Of a stretch of 32,000 nucleotides of DNA, positions 9,375 through 18,191 are shown piece by piece (positions within the stretch are counted from its first letter, which is position 1; each line of letters starts with the position of its first letter). This DNA is from Candidatus Korarchaeum cryptofilum OPF8. GTDB taxonomy: Archaea > Korarchaeota > Korarchaeia > Korarchaeales > Korarchaeaceae. Under the pieces are notes generated by a model that worked only from the letters and a program-made list of their open reading frames with translations, had not been told where the DNA came from and did not search any database. Both the position numbers and the translations under genes were made by a program. The DNA lies in assembly GCF_000019605.1 (NCBI RefSeq), contig NC_010482.1, forward strand, positions 30,001 through 62,000, given 5' to 3'.

Positions 9375-10619
9375 TCAGATCCGCCAACTCCTCAAGTACT
9401 CCTCCTGCTCCTTCGTCAAGCTATCTATCTCGATCCCCATGGATCTGAGCTTTATCCTAGCTACTTCGCTATCTATCCATCTGGGCACCGGTATCACTTT
9501 AGCTGGGAGCTTCCCCCTCTCTTTCACCAGATATTCGATGCTTAAGGCTTGGTTAGCGAAGCTCATATCCATGACCTCACTGGGATGGCCCTCAGCTGCG
9601 ACCAAATTCACCAATCTTCCCTCAGCGAGTAAGTAAACCCTCTTCCCGTTGGGAAGCAGGTACTCCCTCAGGTTCTCCCTCAGATCCCTCTTAGCTAATG
9701 ACATGAGCTCAAGGTCCTTGACAGATACTTCGACATCGAAGTGCCCAGCGTTAGCGAGTATGGCGCCGTCCTTCATCGAGCTCACATGCTCCGCTTTTAT
9801 CACTCCACTATTTCCGGTAGCTGTAACGAATATATCGCCGAGCTTAGCTGCCTCCCTCATTGGCATCACGATGAAACCATCCATCGCGGCCATTAAAGCC
9901 CTTATAGGATCCACTTCAGTCACTATAACTTTGGCACCCATCCCCCTAGCCCTATTAGCTATACCTCTCCCCACATATCCATATCCAGCGACAACGAACC
10001 ACTTACCAGCTATCATTATATTAGTAGCTCTCAATATCCCATCTATAGTGCTCTGCCCCGTCCCGTAAACGTTATCAAAGTTCCTCTTTGTCTCAGCGTT
10101 ATTCACCGCTATCACGGGGTACCTCAGCTTACCATCCCTCTCGAGCGCCATCAACCTCAAGACCCCAGTAGTCGTCTCCTCAGTCCCCCCAGCTATCCTC
10201 TCAGCATAACCTTTCTCATGGGCCATTACAGTAAGGTCTCCACCATCATCCATAGTGAAATCCGGATCAGCCTTGAGGCATTCCTCTATCGCCCAGAAAT
10301 ATTCAGATTCCGACATGCCCCTCCACGCATATACCTCTATTCCCTCCTCAGCCAGAGCTGCCGCTACATCGTCCTGAGTTGAGAGGGGATTCGATGGAGA
10401 GAGGAATATGCGGGCGCCTCCATCCCTGAGAGCAAGCATCAATACAGCTGTCTCCTTAGTGACGTGCATACTAGCGGCGATCCTCAGGCCATCGAGGGGC
10501 CTCTCCTTGAGGAACCTCCTAGCTATCTCCGATAGAACTGGCATATGGGCCCTAGCCCATTCAATAGAATCCTTCCCCTTCCCAGCTAATCCTTCATCCT
10601 TCACCTTGGGCAAATTCAA
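9375..10619 (-). CDS. ahcY: S-adenosyl-L-homocysteine hydrolase (or S-inosylhomocysteine hydrolase), archaeal short type
   Basis: The protein is 414 aa with an NAD-binding GYGYVGRG motif. Conserved segments include HVTKETAVL and EETTTGV. The TTG start overlaps the upstream stop (TTGA). Confidence 0.9.
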   Translation of the reverse strand: MNLPKVKDEGLAGKGKDSIEWARAHMPVLSEIARRFLKERPLDGLRIAASMHVTKETAVLMLALRDGGARIFLSPSNPLSTQDDVAAALAEEGIEVYAWRGMSESEYFWAIEECLKADPDFTMDDGGDLTVMAHEKGYAERIAGGTEETTTGVLRLMALERDGKLRYPVIAVNNAETKRNFDNVYGTGQSTIDGILRATNIMIAGKWFVVAGYGYVGRGIANRARGMGAKVIVTEVDPIRALMAAMDGFIVMPMREAAKLGDIFVTATGNSGVIKAEHVSSMKDGAILANAGHFDVEVSVKDLELMSLAKRDLRENLREYLLPNGKRVYLLAEGRLVNLVAAEGHPSEVMDMSFANQALSIEYLVKERGKLPAKVIPVPRWIDSEVARIKLRSMGIEIDSLTKEQEEYLRSWRI

Positions 10620-10840
10620 CCCTCCCTCTTAGTTATCTGAACGAGCCAGTGATCACCCCTCTCCGATACTTTAAGCATATGGCCCGTCCTGCTGATCCAC
10701 TCGTATAAATCATCCATGGTCCCCTTATCACCTACAAGGAAATCTAAGGTCTCACCTGGCGTAGCCTTCTTCACGAGCTTCGCTATCTCCACTATAGCCC
10801 TGGGGCTCTTCATTCCCCTAAGATCCACAGCCCGCCTCAA
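10616..10840 (-). CDS. TusA/SirA-fold small protein lacking the catalytic cysteine
   Basis: [34 protein letters not shown] aligns by eye to the TusA segment [34 protein letters not shown]. The CPxP motif is replaced by SPRA. The protein is 74 aa with a TTG start in a TTGA junction. Confidence 0.7.
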   Translation of the reverse strand: MRRAVDLRGMKSPRAIVEIAKLVKKATPGETLDFLVGDKGTMDDLYEWISRTGHMLKVSERGDHWLVQITKREG

Positions 10841-11364
10841 CGGATCACCCTGTTTCCGAGGGCCTGGTAGATCAGGGAGTCATCGAGTCCCTCCCTCAGT
10901 ATCTTATACATCAGGAAAGCATCCTCCCCATCAGCATAGTAGAACGGGATTATTCCCAGCTTCTTATATCCCAGCTTCTCATATAACCTTATGGCCGGTT
11001 CATTTGAGACCCTAACTTCAAGATAGACCGCATCACAGTTGTAAGATAGGAGCCCCTCCTCTGCTTTCAGCATTAGAGCTTCCCCTATCCCCTTCCTCCT
11101 GTGATCCTTGCTCACAGCTATCGATAGTATGTGCCCCAGGATGAGAGTTTCACTCTTGGTGTAATGCGATTCGACCCTGCACATGACGTAACCGACTACA
11201 TTTCCGCCCTCATCCTCAGCCACGAAGAAGCTCCTCGGGAACCTCCTGTAATTTTCCATGAAGAAGTAACTAGGGTAGTTCTCCGGCAAGAATACCCTGT
11301 TTATCCTCTCGACAGCCTCCAGATCTTCCGGCTTGAACGGCCTTATTCTGTAGTTAGGGATCAT
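10837..11364 (-). CDS. ard1: N-alpha-acetyltransferase Ard1/Naa10 homologue (GNAT)
   Basis: The sequence closely resembles Sulfolobus Ard1: INRVFLPENYPSYFF, GHILSIAVSKDHRRKGIG, YLEVRVSNEPAIRLYEKLGYKK, YYADGEDAFLM. The preferred start is ATG 11364 (MIPNYRIRPF). The track's TTG at 11385 is less likely. Confidence 0.85.
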   Translation of the reverse strand: MIPNYRIRPFKPEDLEAVERINRVFLPENYPSYFFMENYRRFPRSFFVAEDEGGNVVGYVMCRVESHYTKSETLILGHILSIAVSKDHRRKGIGEALMLKAEEGLLSYNCDAVYLEVRVSNEPAIRLYEKLGYKKLGIIPFYYADGEDAFLMYKILREGLDDSLIYQALGNRVIR

Positions 11365-11487
11365 CACGCTACTATGTGCCGACAATTAAAATTAGTTTTG
11401 CGATCTCCCCAGTGGATGGGAGGGCGCGAGTTAAGTGGGGCTTCGATCATATTAAAAAACGGGATCACATCTAATAGGAGGTGAGCG

Positions 11488-12288
11488 ATGGATAAGGATG
11501 ATATAGAGGAGAAGGTGGCTGAAAAGGAGGAGCTAGAGGAGAGGATAAGGGAGCTCACCAAAATCGCTGGCAAACTCAATAAGGAAGTAGAGGTGCTGAA
11601 TAATAGATATCAGACGCTTTTAAAATGGATAGAGGATCTCCAGAGGAGGAAGCTATCGTTAGAAGGTGAGATAGCTGAGAGGAGATCCATGTTAGAGCAA
11701 TTGAACTCTCAGATAAAGGAACTGGAGAAGGACATAGATGCTCTCAGGGAAGGTAGGGAGAGGATGAGGGCTGAGCTGAACGCTATCGAGGCTAAAAAAT
11801 CGGCTTTGGAATCGGAAGCATCCTCGCTAGATCTGAAGGTCTCAAGCATGAGGAGTGAGGTATCTAGGCTCGAGGAGGTATCTAAGAGTCTCAGTTCTGA
11901 GGTCAGGACTCTAGAAGCTAGGAAGGAATTGCTCCTAGCTGAGGTGGATGAGTTAAGGAAGATAAGGAAAGAATTAACTGAGGAGATTGAGATGATAGCG
12001 AGGCAGGTGAGGGATTCCTCCGAAGCTCTCCTGAAGAAGCTTTATCCTAACTTATCTGAGCTTAGGAAGTTCTCAGAGATAGTGGAATCGAGTAAGGGAG
12101 TTCTTTCAGACTTGTTAGGGAAGATCTCAGAGCTCTCATCAATTCTGAATGATATAAAAATGAGAAGGGAACTTATTTCAATATTAGACAGGGAAATAGA
12201 GGCTAAAAGGGAAAAAATTGAACTTTTAAGGTCGGAAGAGGAAGCTCTAAGGGCTGAGAGATCCGATGAGGACCGGGAGCATAATTAA
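11488..12288 (+). CDS. Highly charged coiled-coil protein of unknown function
   Basis: The 266-aa protein shows an uninterrupted E/K/R/L heptad-like composition with no TM segment and no enzymatic motif. ATG is preceded by GGAGGTGA, and ATATTAAAAAA lies ~30 nt upstream. Confidence 0.6.
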   Translation: MDKDDIEEKVAEKEELEERIRELTKIAGKLNKEVEVLNNRYQTLLKWIEDLQRRKLSLEGEIAERRSMLEQLNSQIKELEKDIDALREGRERMRAELNAIEAKKSALESEASSLDLKVSSMRSEVSRLEEVSKSLSSEVRTLEARKELLLAEVDELRKIRKELTEEIEMIARQVRDSSEALLKKLYPNLSELRKFSEIVESSKGVLSDLLGKISELSSILNDIKMRRELISILDREIEAKREKIELLRSEEEALRAERSDEDREHN

Positions 12289-12320
12289 AAAGCCTTGAGG
12301 TGAGGGGCAAGGGGTGTGCT

Positions 12321-12578
12321 ATGAGCGCTGAGAAGGCCGAGAAGATAATCAGGGATGTCGAAGTTAAGCCCCAGGTTATGGATCAGATAAGGAAGGAAGT
12401 AGTGAGATCGAGCTATATAACTCCCCAGTCCATAGCGATGAAGTATAACATAAGGGTCAGCGTCGCTAGGAGGCTCCTGAGGGAGTTTGAGAGGGAAGGG
12501 CTCGTCATATACGTGGATGGTAACTCGAGGATAAGGATTTATAAAGGAGCTAAGGCGAAGGTATCGGGGGAGGGATAA
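12321..12578 (+). CDS. rps25e: Ribosomal protein S25e
   Basis: The winged-helix core ITPQSIAMKYNIRVSVARRLLREFEREGLV...IRIYKG matches the S25e family. ATG 12321 follows GAGGTGAGGGG. The track start at 12300 is GTG. Confidence 0.75.
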   Translation: MSAEKAEKIIRDVEVKPQVMDQIRKEVVRSSYITPQSIAMKYNIRVSVARRLLREFEREGLVIYVDGNSRIRIYKGAKAKVSGEG

Positions 12579-12610
12579 AACTATTTGACCCTCCCCGAGG
12601 TGAAAGCATA

Positions 12611-12997
12611 TTGAAGGAGAGGGTTGAGGGAATAGAGAGCTACATAGTTACCCTGAGGTGGGAAGGGGCCGACGATACCGTTCAATTGGAGTTGATAAGG
12701 CACCTCTCACCTATAACTATAGAGAGGTTCTACAGGAGCCTCCCGATAAGGAGCATGGTGGTGAGCAGCGGGGAGCTCATCTACATATCTGCCCCCATAG
12801 AGACCAGGTCAGAGAAGACGAGGAACTCGATGAGGAAGGGACACGTCGCATATTCAATATCTAAGAAGATGCTATTGATTGCCTTATCCGACATCAGGCT
12901 GAGCGAACCCATAAATCCGATGGGGAAAGTGATCTCGGGTATGGAACTGATAAGGGGCTTGAGGACAGGCATGAATGTGGAGCTGGTGAGGTCTTGA
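12611..12997 (+). CDS. Cyclophilin-like fold protein (TM1367-like family), function unknown
   Basis: The pattern (LELIRHLSPITIERFYRSLP ... GHVAYSISKKMLLIAL ... PINPMGKVISGMELI) resembles the cyclophilin-like family. The TTG start lies 7 nt after GAGGTGA. Confidence 0.5.
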   Translation: MKERVEGIESYIVTLRWEGADDTVQLELIRHLSPITIERFYRSLPIRSMVVSSGELIYISAPIETRSEKTRNSMRKGHVAYSISKKMLLIALSDIRLSEPINPMGKVISGMELIRGLRTGMNVELVRS

Positions 12998-13632
12998 TCT
13001 TCGTTTGGAAGGGGAGCTCCGCAGTATATCTGAGGGTCGAGGGAGTCAGCTTACTAATAGATCCATCCTCTCTCTTCTCAATTGACGAGATGAATGATTT
13101 AGGAGGGCTCGATATAATTCTCTTCACCCATGAACATTCGGATCACTTCGATATAGCCTCTCTCAATTCCATGATCGATGAGTTCAGACCGCGTGTAGTG
13201 GGGAATCCCGGAGCTTATAGGATGGCGAGGAGGTCCTCGGATATAATCAGGATAAGGGACGGTGAGATGATAGAATTCGAGGGGGTCAAGGTACACGCTC
13301 TGAGATCTGTGCATCCCGGTCACCATCCTGTCGTTTTCTTACTGGAGATAGGGAGCATATCGATATTTCATGGAGATTCCACGGGATTCTCAAAGAGTTT
13401 CTCAGCATTCTCCCCCGTGGACCTCGCTTTCATTCCAGTAGGTTCCCCATCCCCTAATTCCAGCCCCTCTGAAGCTGTGAGGATAGCGAGGGCTGTAGTG
13501 CCTAGCCTAGCTGTCCCGATCCATGGAGATGATAGCGAGAGATCCGAATTCATAGAGAGGATAAAGCTCTCGAATCTTAATATTAAGACGCTACTCCCTG
13601 AGATAGGAGAAATCGTCACTTTAGATCTCTGA
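12994..13632 (+). CDS. Metallo-beta-lactamase-fold hydrolase
   Basis: The HxHxDH motif is FTHEHSDHFD, with later HPGH and FHGD motifs. The N-terminus is typical of small MBL proteins. The TTG start sits in a TTGA junction with the upstream stop. Confidence 0.7.
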   Translation: MIFVWKGSSAVYLRVEGVSLLIDPSSLFSIDEMNDLGGLDIILFTHEHSDHFDIASLNSMIDEFRPRVVGNPGAYRMARRSSDIIRIRDGEMIEFEGVKVHALRSVHPGHHPVVFLLEIGSISIFHGDSTGFSKSFSAFSPVDLAFIPVGSPSPNSSPSEAVRIARAVVPSLAVPIHGDDSERSEFIERIKLSNLNIKTLLPEIGEIVTLDL

Positions 13633-14578
13633 AGTGCTCCCAGCCTCCCTCCGGGACCTCGATAAGTTCATTTCCTGCTCTCAAGCGTATTCCTCCTCCT
13701 TCCACGACCCTGCCTATCTTGATTGGCTCAACCCCCAAGACTGTTAGCTCATCCCTGACCTTAGCTACATCCTCCTCCCTCAAAGTGAAGACTATCTCGT
13801 ACTCCTCCCCTCCATGGAAGGCAGCGCTTATAGAATCCCCGCCTAAGAAGAGTCCAACTTCCTCATCCAGGGGGAGCTCCTCTATCAGGAATCCATTGCC
13901 GCTGGCTCTGGAGAGTTCTTTGAGGGACCAATATAGCCCATCACTGCTATCAACAGTCGATGTGGCATAATTAGATATTATTATCCCCTCCTCGACCCTG
14001 GCCTCGGGTTCGTATACGGATTTCAGTGCCCTCCTCCTCAATCCCTCCGGTAGCTCCAATCCCTCTAAGAGGTGCTTGAAGCCGAGCCAAGTCAACCCGA
14101 AGCTGCCCGTCGTCATCACGATATCCCCTGGTCTCGACCCCCCTCTCCCCACGAGCCTTCCCTCGACCCTACCGAAAGCGAATCCCGATATTATAAGCTC
14201 TTCAGATTCCCCTAGATCCCCTCCAACTAGATATGTTCCGTACTTCCTCATCGCTTCCTCAAATCCCTCGAAGATTGAGACGAATTCCTCGTCCCTCATC
14301 CCTCTGGGGAGGCCGAGGGAGCACATGAAGAGGAGGGGCCTAGCCCCCTTAGACGCAACATCGGAGAAGTTAGCCACTACGCACTTCTTAGCTAACTGCC
14401 TCAGGCTCATCCCGGGGAGCAGATCTGTCGATGAAGATACCATATCCATCTTAAAGACATATATACCTTCATTCAGCCTTCTGGCTGAAGCATCATCCCT
14501 TCCGAGCCTCAGCAAACCGTATGGGTCCTCTGAAACTAGCCCAATTATCTCATCTATGAGCTCCCTCTCAGGTCTCAC
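13616..14578 (-). CDS. thiL: Thiamine-monophosphate kinase (AIR-synthase-related, ThiL-like)
   Basis: The PurM/ThiL superfamily pattern is present: LGRDDASA, FKMDMVSSSTD, ANFSDVASKGARP, LVGGDL. At 320 aa, the size fits ThiL. Confidence 0.65.
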   Translation of the reverse strand: MRPERELIDEIIGLVSEDPYGLLRLGRDDASARRLNEGIYVFKMDMVSSSTDLLPGMSLRQLAKKCVVANFSDVASKGARPLLFMCSLGLPRGMRDEEFVSIFEGFEEAMRKYGTYLVGGDLGESEELIISGFAFGRVEGRLVGRGGSRPGDIVMTTGSFGLTWLGFKHLLEGLELPEGLRRRALKSVYEPEARVEEGIIISNYATSTVDSSDGLYWSLKELSRASGNGFLIEELPLDEEVGLFLGGDSISAAFHGGEEYEIVFTLREEDVAKVRDELTVLGVEPIKIGRVVEGGGIRLRAGNELIEVPEGGWEHFRDLK

Positions 14579-14635
14579 GGGGCTTCCGGGGGATCAAAGT
14601 TAAATCCATTTCCCAGCTCATGCTGAGGTGATATC

Positions 14636-15958
14636 ATGGTCAGGAGAGTAGTCATCATGGGTGCAGCTGGCAGGGATTTCCACAATTTCAACGTTTTCTT
14701 CCGGAATAACGAGGATTATAGAGTAGTCGCTTTCACAGCAGCTCAACTACCTAATATAGCTGGGAGGATTTACCCACCAGAGCTTGCGGGCCCTCTATAC
14801 CCAGATGGGATCCCAATATATCCGGAGGAGGATCTCCCTAAGATAATAAGGGAGATGAATGTGGATCTCGTCGTTTTCTCATATAGCGATGTCTCCCATC
14901 AGTACATAATGGAGAGAGCTGCTTTAGCTCAAGCCAATGGAGCAGATTTCATGCTCTTAGGTCCAAAGAGCACGATGTTGAAGTCAAGTAAGCCAGTAAT
15001 AGCTGTAACTGCTGCTAGAACAGGGGCCGGAAAGAGCCCGACGAGCCGGAGGGTATCGAAGATACTGAAAGCTAAGGGGCTGAAGGTATCAGTTATAAGG
15101 CATCCGATGCCCTACGGAGACCTTAGGAAACAGATAGTTCAAAGATTCGCCTCACTAGAGGATCTAGATAGACATAATGCCACAATAGAGGAGAGGGAGG
15201 ATTATGAGCCTCATCTAAGGCTTGGAAATGTCGTTTATGCCGGAGTGGATTATGAGAAGATACTGAGGGAAGCCGAGAAGGAGAGCGATGTCATACTCTG
15301 GGACGGGGGGAATAACGACTTCCCATTCTACAAACCGGATCTCATGATAACTGTAGTGGATCCTCTCAGAGCTGGTCATGAGCTCACTTACTGGCCAGGT
15401 AGCGTCAACGTCAGGATGGCCGACGTCATAATAGTGAGCAAGGTAGATACTGCTTGCTACGCCGATGTAGAGAAGGTTATCATGAACGTAGAGAGGGTGA
15501 ATCCTAGGGCTAAGATAATAACTGCCGCTATCCCCTACACTGTGGATAGGCCCGAGCTGATCGAGGGGAAGAGGGTCATAGTGGTCGAGGACGGCCCGAC
15601 GGTGACTCACGGAGACATGGGCTTCGGGGCCGGTTATCTGATGGCTCGCAAGCTGAGGGCTGAGATCATAGATCCGAGGCCATACGCAGTTGGCTCAATA
15701 AAGGAGACGTATGAGAAGTACACTCACCTATCTCAAGTGCTTCCAGCGGTCGGTTATGGAGAGGCTCAGATGAAGGAACTGGAGGAGACCATAAACAACT
15801 CACCGGCTGAAGCAGTGGTCTTAGGGACTCCCACGGACATAAGCCGGTACCTGAGGATAAACAAACCGGCCGTCCACGTTTACTACGAGCTCCAGGAGAT
15901 AGGATCTCCGACACTAGAGGACATAATAGGTGAGTTCCTGAAGAGGGTCGGCTTATGA
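14636..15958 (+). CDS. COG2403-family protein (cyclic 2,3-diphosphoglycerate synthetase-like / predicted GTPase)
   Basis: Family hallmarks are VVIMGAAGRDFHNFNVFFRNN, VVAFTAAQLPNIAGRIYP, FSYSDVSH, RTGAGKSPTS and IRHPMPYGDL. The protein is 440 aa. Confidence 0.75.
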   Translation: MVRRVVIMGAAGRDFHNFNVFFRNNEDYRVVAFTAAQLPNIAGRIYPPELAGPLYPDGIPIYPEEDLPKIIREMNVDLVVFSYSDVSHQYIMERAALAQANGADFMLLGPKSTMLKSSKPVIAVTAARTGAGKSPTSRRVSKILKAKGLKVSVIRHPMPYGDLRKQIVQRFASLEDLDRHNATIEEREDYEPHLRLGNVVYAGVDYEKILREAEKESDVILWDGGNNDFPFYKPDLMITVVDPLRAGHELTYWPGSVNVRMADVIIVSKVDTACYADVEKVIMNVERVNPRAKIITAAIPYTVDRPELIEGKRVIVVEDGPTVTHGDMGFGAGYLMARKLRAEIIDPRPYAVGSIKETYEKYTHLSQVLPAVGYGEAQMKELEETINNSPAEAVVLGTPTDISRYLRINKPAVHVYYELQEIGSPTLEDIIGEFLKRVGL

Positions 15959-16701
15959 GCGAGAGAAGGATCTGGTTGATGAATTTGAGGGAGTTCAGGG
16001 AGGCCATTGAGGACACGGATCTAGCTATACTCCCGGTAGGTGTCTGCGAGGCTCATGGACCCCACCTCCCCCTGGGGACCGACTTCCTCATCCCGGAGTG
16101 GATCGCCCTGAACTTAGCCGAGAGGCTTAATGCATTGATAGCTCCTCCGATAAACTACGGGGTGACTTTGGGCCTCACAGGTTACTTCGGCACGCTTAGA
16201 GTAAGCGAATCGACGATGGAGTCTCTCATGTACGATGTACTGGTCGATCTGATGAGGAATGGGTTTGAGAAAGTGATAGTGATGAATGGACATGGGGGCT
16301 CGGGTCAAGTAGAAGCTATATCGAGGGCGATGAGGAGGGCATGGCTCGACTACGGGCTGAAGTCAGCTATGATAAACTGGTGGAATTTAGCTAGGGATCT
16401 GACTGAGGAGATATTCGGGGGGAGCGGAGGGCACGCTGGCGTGGATGAGACAGCGATGATCCTAGAGATAGATCCCTCCTTAGTCAAGGGGGAGATGGAG
16501 AGGGAGGAGATATACAGGACGAGGGAAGGCATCTACGCTGTCCCCACTCCCGGCTCCATAATCTCCTACGATGATAGATTCTCTAGCAGGATCCCGGATA
16601 GGGATAAGGCCTCCGAATTCGCTAATAAGCTGCTGGAGAGAATATTCAACGAAGCAATGGCGATAGTTGAGGGATGGGATAGGCAGGAAATTCATTCATA
16701 G
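15955..16701 (+). CDS. Creatininase-family amidohydrolase (ArfB-type formamide hydrolase candidate)
   Basis: The signature AILPVGVCEAHGPHLPLGTDFLIPEW is followed by MNGHGG and HAGVDETA. The start is ATGA-coupled to the upstream gene. Confidence 0.8.
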   Translation: MSERRIWLMNLREFREAIEDTDLAILPVGVCEAHGPHLPLGTDFLIPEWIALNLAERLNALIAPPINYGVTLGLTGYFGTLRVSESTMESLMYDVLVDLMRNGFEKVIVMNGHGGSGQVEAISRAMRRAWLDYGLKSAMINWWNLARDLTEEIFGGSGGHAGVDETAMILEIDPSLVKGEMEREEIYRTREGIYAVPTPGSIISYDDRFSSRIPDRDKASEFANKLLERIFNEAMAIVEGWDRQEIHS

Positions 16702-17421
16702 GAGGCTCTCTCTCCAACTTTTTACCTTTAGAACAATTCTTTTGACGTCATCAGCCCTATGCATCCCTCTTTCCTTCGGATAGAGGGCTAGATAAGGTAT
16801 GCTAGTTCTCATACCGGGGATCACCCTGAGGGGCTCAGATTTAGAGTATATGGATAAGCAGACGACTCTATCGCTTCTCAAAAGGCCCTCAGGACTCCTC
16901 CCATCCACATAGACGAAGCCTATCCTCCTCTCCCTTATCCTAGAGGATATCTCGAGGGCTCCCTCGCCTATCAACTCTAGGGCTATGTAAGCGTTCCTTC
17001 CCACTCCCGAGAGTATCCTCTGCAACTTGCTCATGACTAACCCGTAATTCTGCGGTATAGCGGAATTTGAAGGTCTTATTATTGAAAAATCGGCGTTTAA
17101 AGAGAGTGAGAGGTTTATTGAATCCTCAATGCTCCTGATCGAAGCCTCTGAGATATAAGGGTTGCTGCTGAAGATATTAACATCAGTCTCAGGGGATCTA
17201 ACAGCGACTACGACATCTAAGCTGTTGATGAGATCCCTCAAAGCCCTCACACTCTCCCTGTGCAGTGTCGATGGGAAATAATGAGGGGGATCTGTGGATA
17301 TAACGAGGCCCTCGCACCCGATTTTAATGAGATGAGCTGAAGCATCTCCAATATCTGAGCCCCAGAAGAATTCTGTGGAGCAAAGAAGTCTCAATCCATC
17401 CCTCCTAGCTGACTCTACCAT
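16696..17421 (-). CDS. Hypothetical protein, possibly a degenerate xylose-isomerase-like TIM barrel
   Basis: This is a 241-aa ORF with protein-like composition and an alternating beta/alpha pattern. I recognise no firm motif. Confidence 0.4.
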   Translation of the reverse strand: MVESARRDGLRLLCSTEFFWGSDIGDASAHLIKIGCEGLVISTDPPHYFPSTLHRESVRALRDLINSLDVVVAVRSPETDVNIFSSNPYISEASIRSIEDSINLSLSLNADFSIIRPSNSAIPQNYGLVMSKLQRILSGVGRNAYIALELIGEGALEISSRIRERRIGFVYVDGRSPEGLLRSDRVVCLSIYSKSEPLRVIPGMRTSIPYLALYPKERGMHRADDVKRIVLKVKSWRESLL

Positions 17422-17607
17422 GGGAACCCCTCTAAATTTCAGGGCTATATAGAGGGCACTCGTTCCTATTAAATATTCCTACTCGAGCTCCGGAAATTAG
17501 ATTCAAAGAACAAAATCTCCAGATCTTGAAGCTGATTATGGGTATAGGAGTCAAAAGAAATTAATTCCAATCTAATATGGGAAAGTTACCCTCGGAGTTT
17601 GTCTAGG

Positions 17608-17632
17608 ATGATCTCCCAGGGCCGGAGATCAT
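17608..17632. repeat. Perfect 9-bp inverted repeat (hairpin) with a 7-nt loop
   Basis: ATGATCTCC (17608..17616), cagggcc, GGAGATCAT (17624..17632). I read this directly from the sequence. Confidence 0.7.
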
Positions 17633-17897
17633 TGATCCGAATGAGTCATCTGATGATCTTTTGAGAGACATCTCCCACTCTAAAAAGTTATTTAATTTAT
17701 CTATCATGACTATAATGTAATTTTAGATGAAGTTCCCTTCTCACGAGTTATTTCCATACCAGTGACCTGGATAGGTACATTTTTATTGGTCGGTGCATAG
17801 TAGATTGAGTTCATAAGCTCATCAGAGGTATATTTCCACTCCGGCTGATGAGGATCGATAGGAGTAAGCTATATCCACTGGAACCTCCTAAGCGGGC

Positions 17898-18014
17898 AAT
17901 TATCGATATTTTCCAAATAAAAATATATTGCGTTATCATTTAAATATTTTTGAATCATTTATAAAAATATTTTATCATAATGATTTATAATATCTATTAT
18001 GTTAAACATTAATC
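17898..18014. other. Extreme AT-rich tract (candidate duplex-unwinding element)
   Basis: By hand count, 17901..18010 contains 15 G/C in 110 nt. It contains imperfect direct repeats TCATTTAAATATTTT and TCATTTATAAAAATATTTT and a small palindrome ATCAT-a-ATGAT. Confidence 0.5.
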
Positions 18015-18121
18015 ATGGGGGTCATGATGGGGTCTCAGGAAATCTCCATCGATTTAGTAGGTTGATCACTCGATAAAGTAGGCAAGTCTACATTCATATG
18101 GTTGATCATGCCTCATTCTTC

Positions 18122-18138
18122 AGAAAAGCTTATATTTA
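18122..18138 (+). promoter_or_regulatory. Putative BRE/TATA promoter of the histone gene
   Basis: A purine-rich AGAAAAG is followed by TTATATTTA (18130..18138), ~55 nt upstream of ATG 18192. GAGGTGA lies 6 nt before the ATG. Confidence 0.5.
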
Positions 18139-18141
18139 GGT

Positions 18142-18160
18142 GCCATGCATAATACATGGC
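18142..18160. promoter_or_regulatory. Inverted repeat between the histone TATA box and start codon (candidate operator or 5'-UTR hairpin)
   Basis: GCCATG (18142..18147), cataata, CATGGC (18155..18160). Confidence 0.4.
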
Positions 18161-18191
18161 CCATATAGGGTTTGTTAAGAGGTGATATGGT

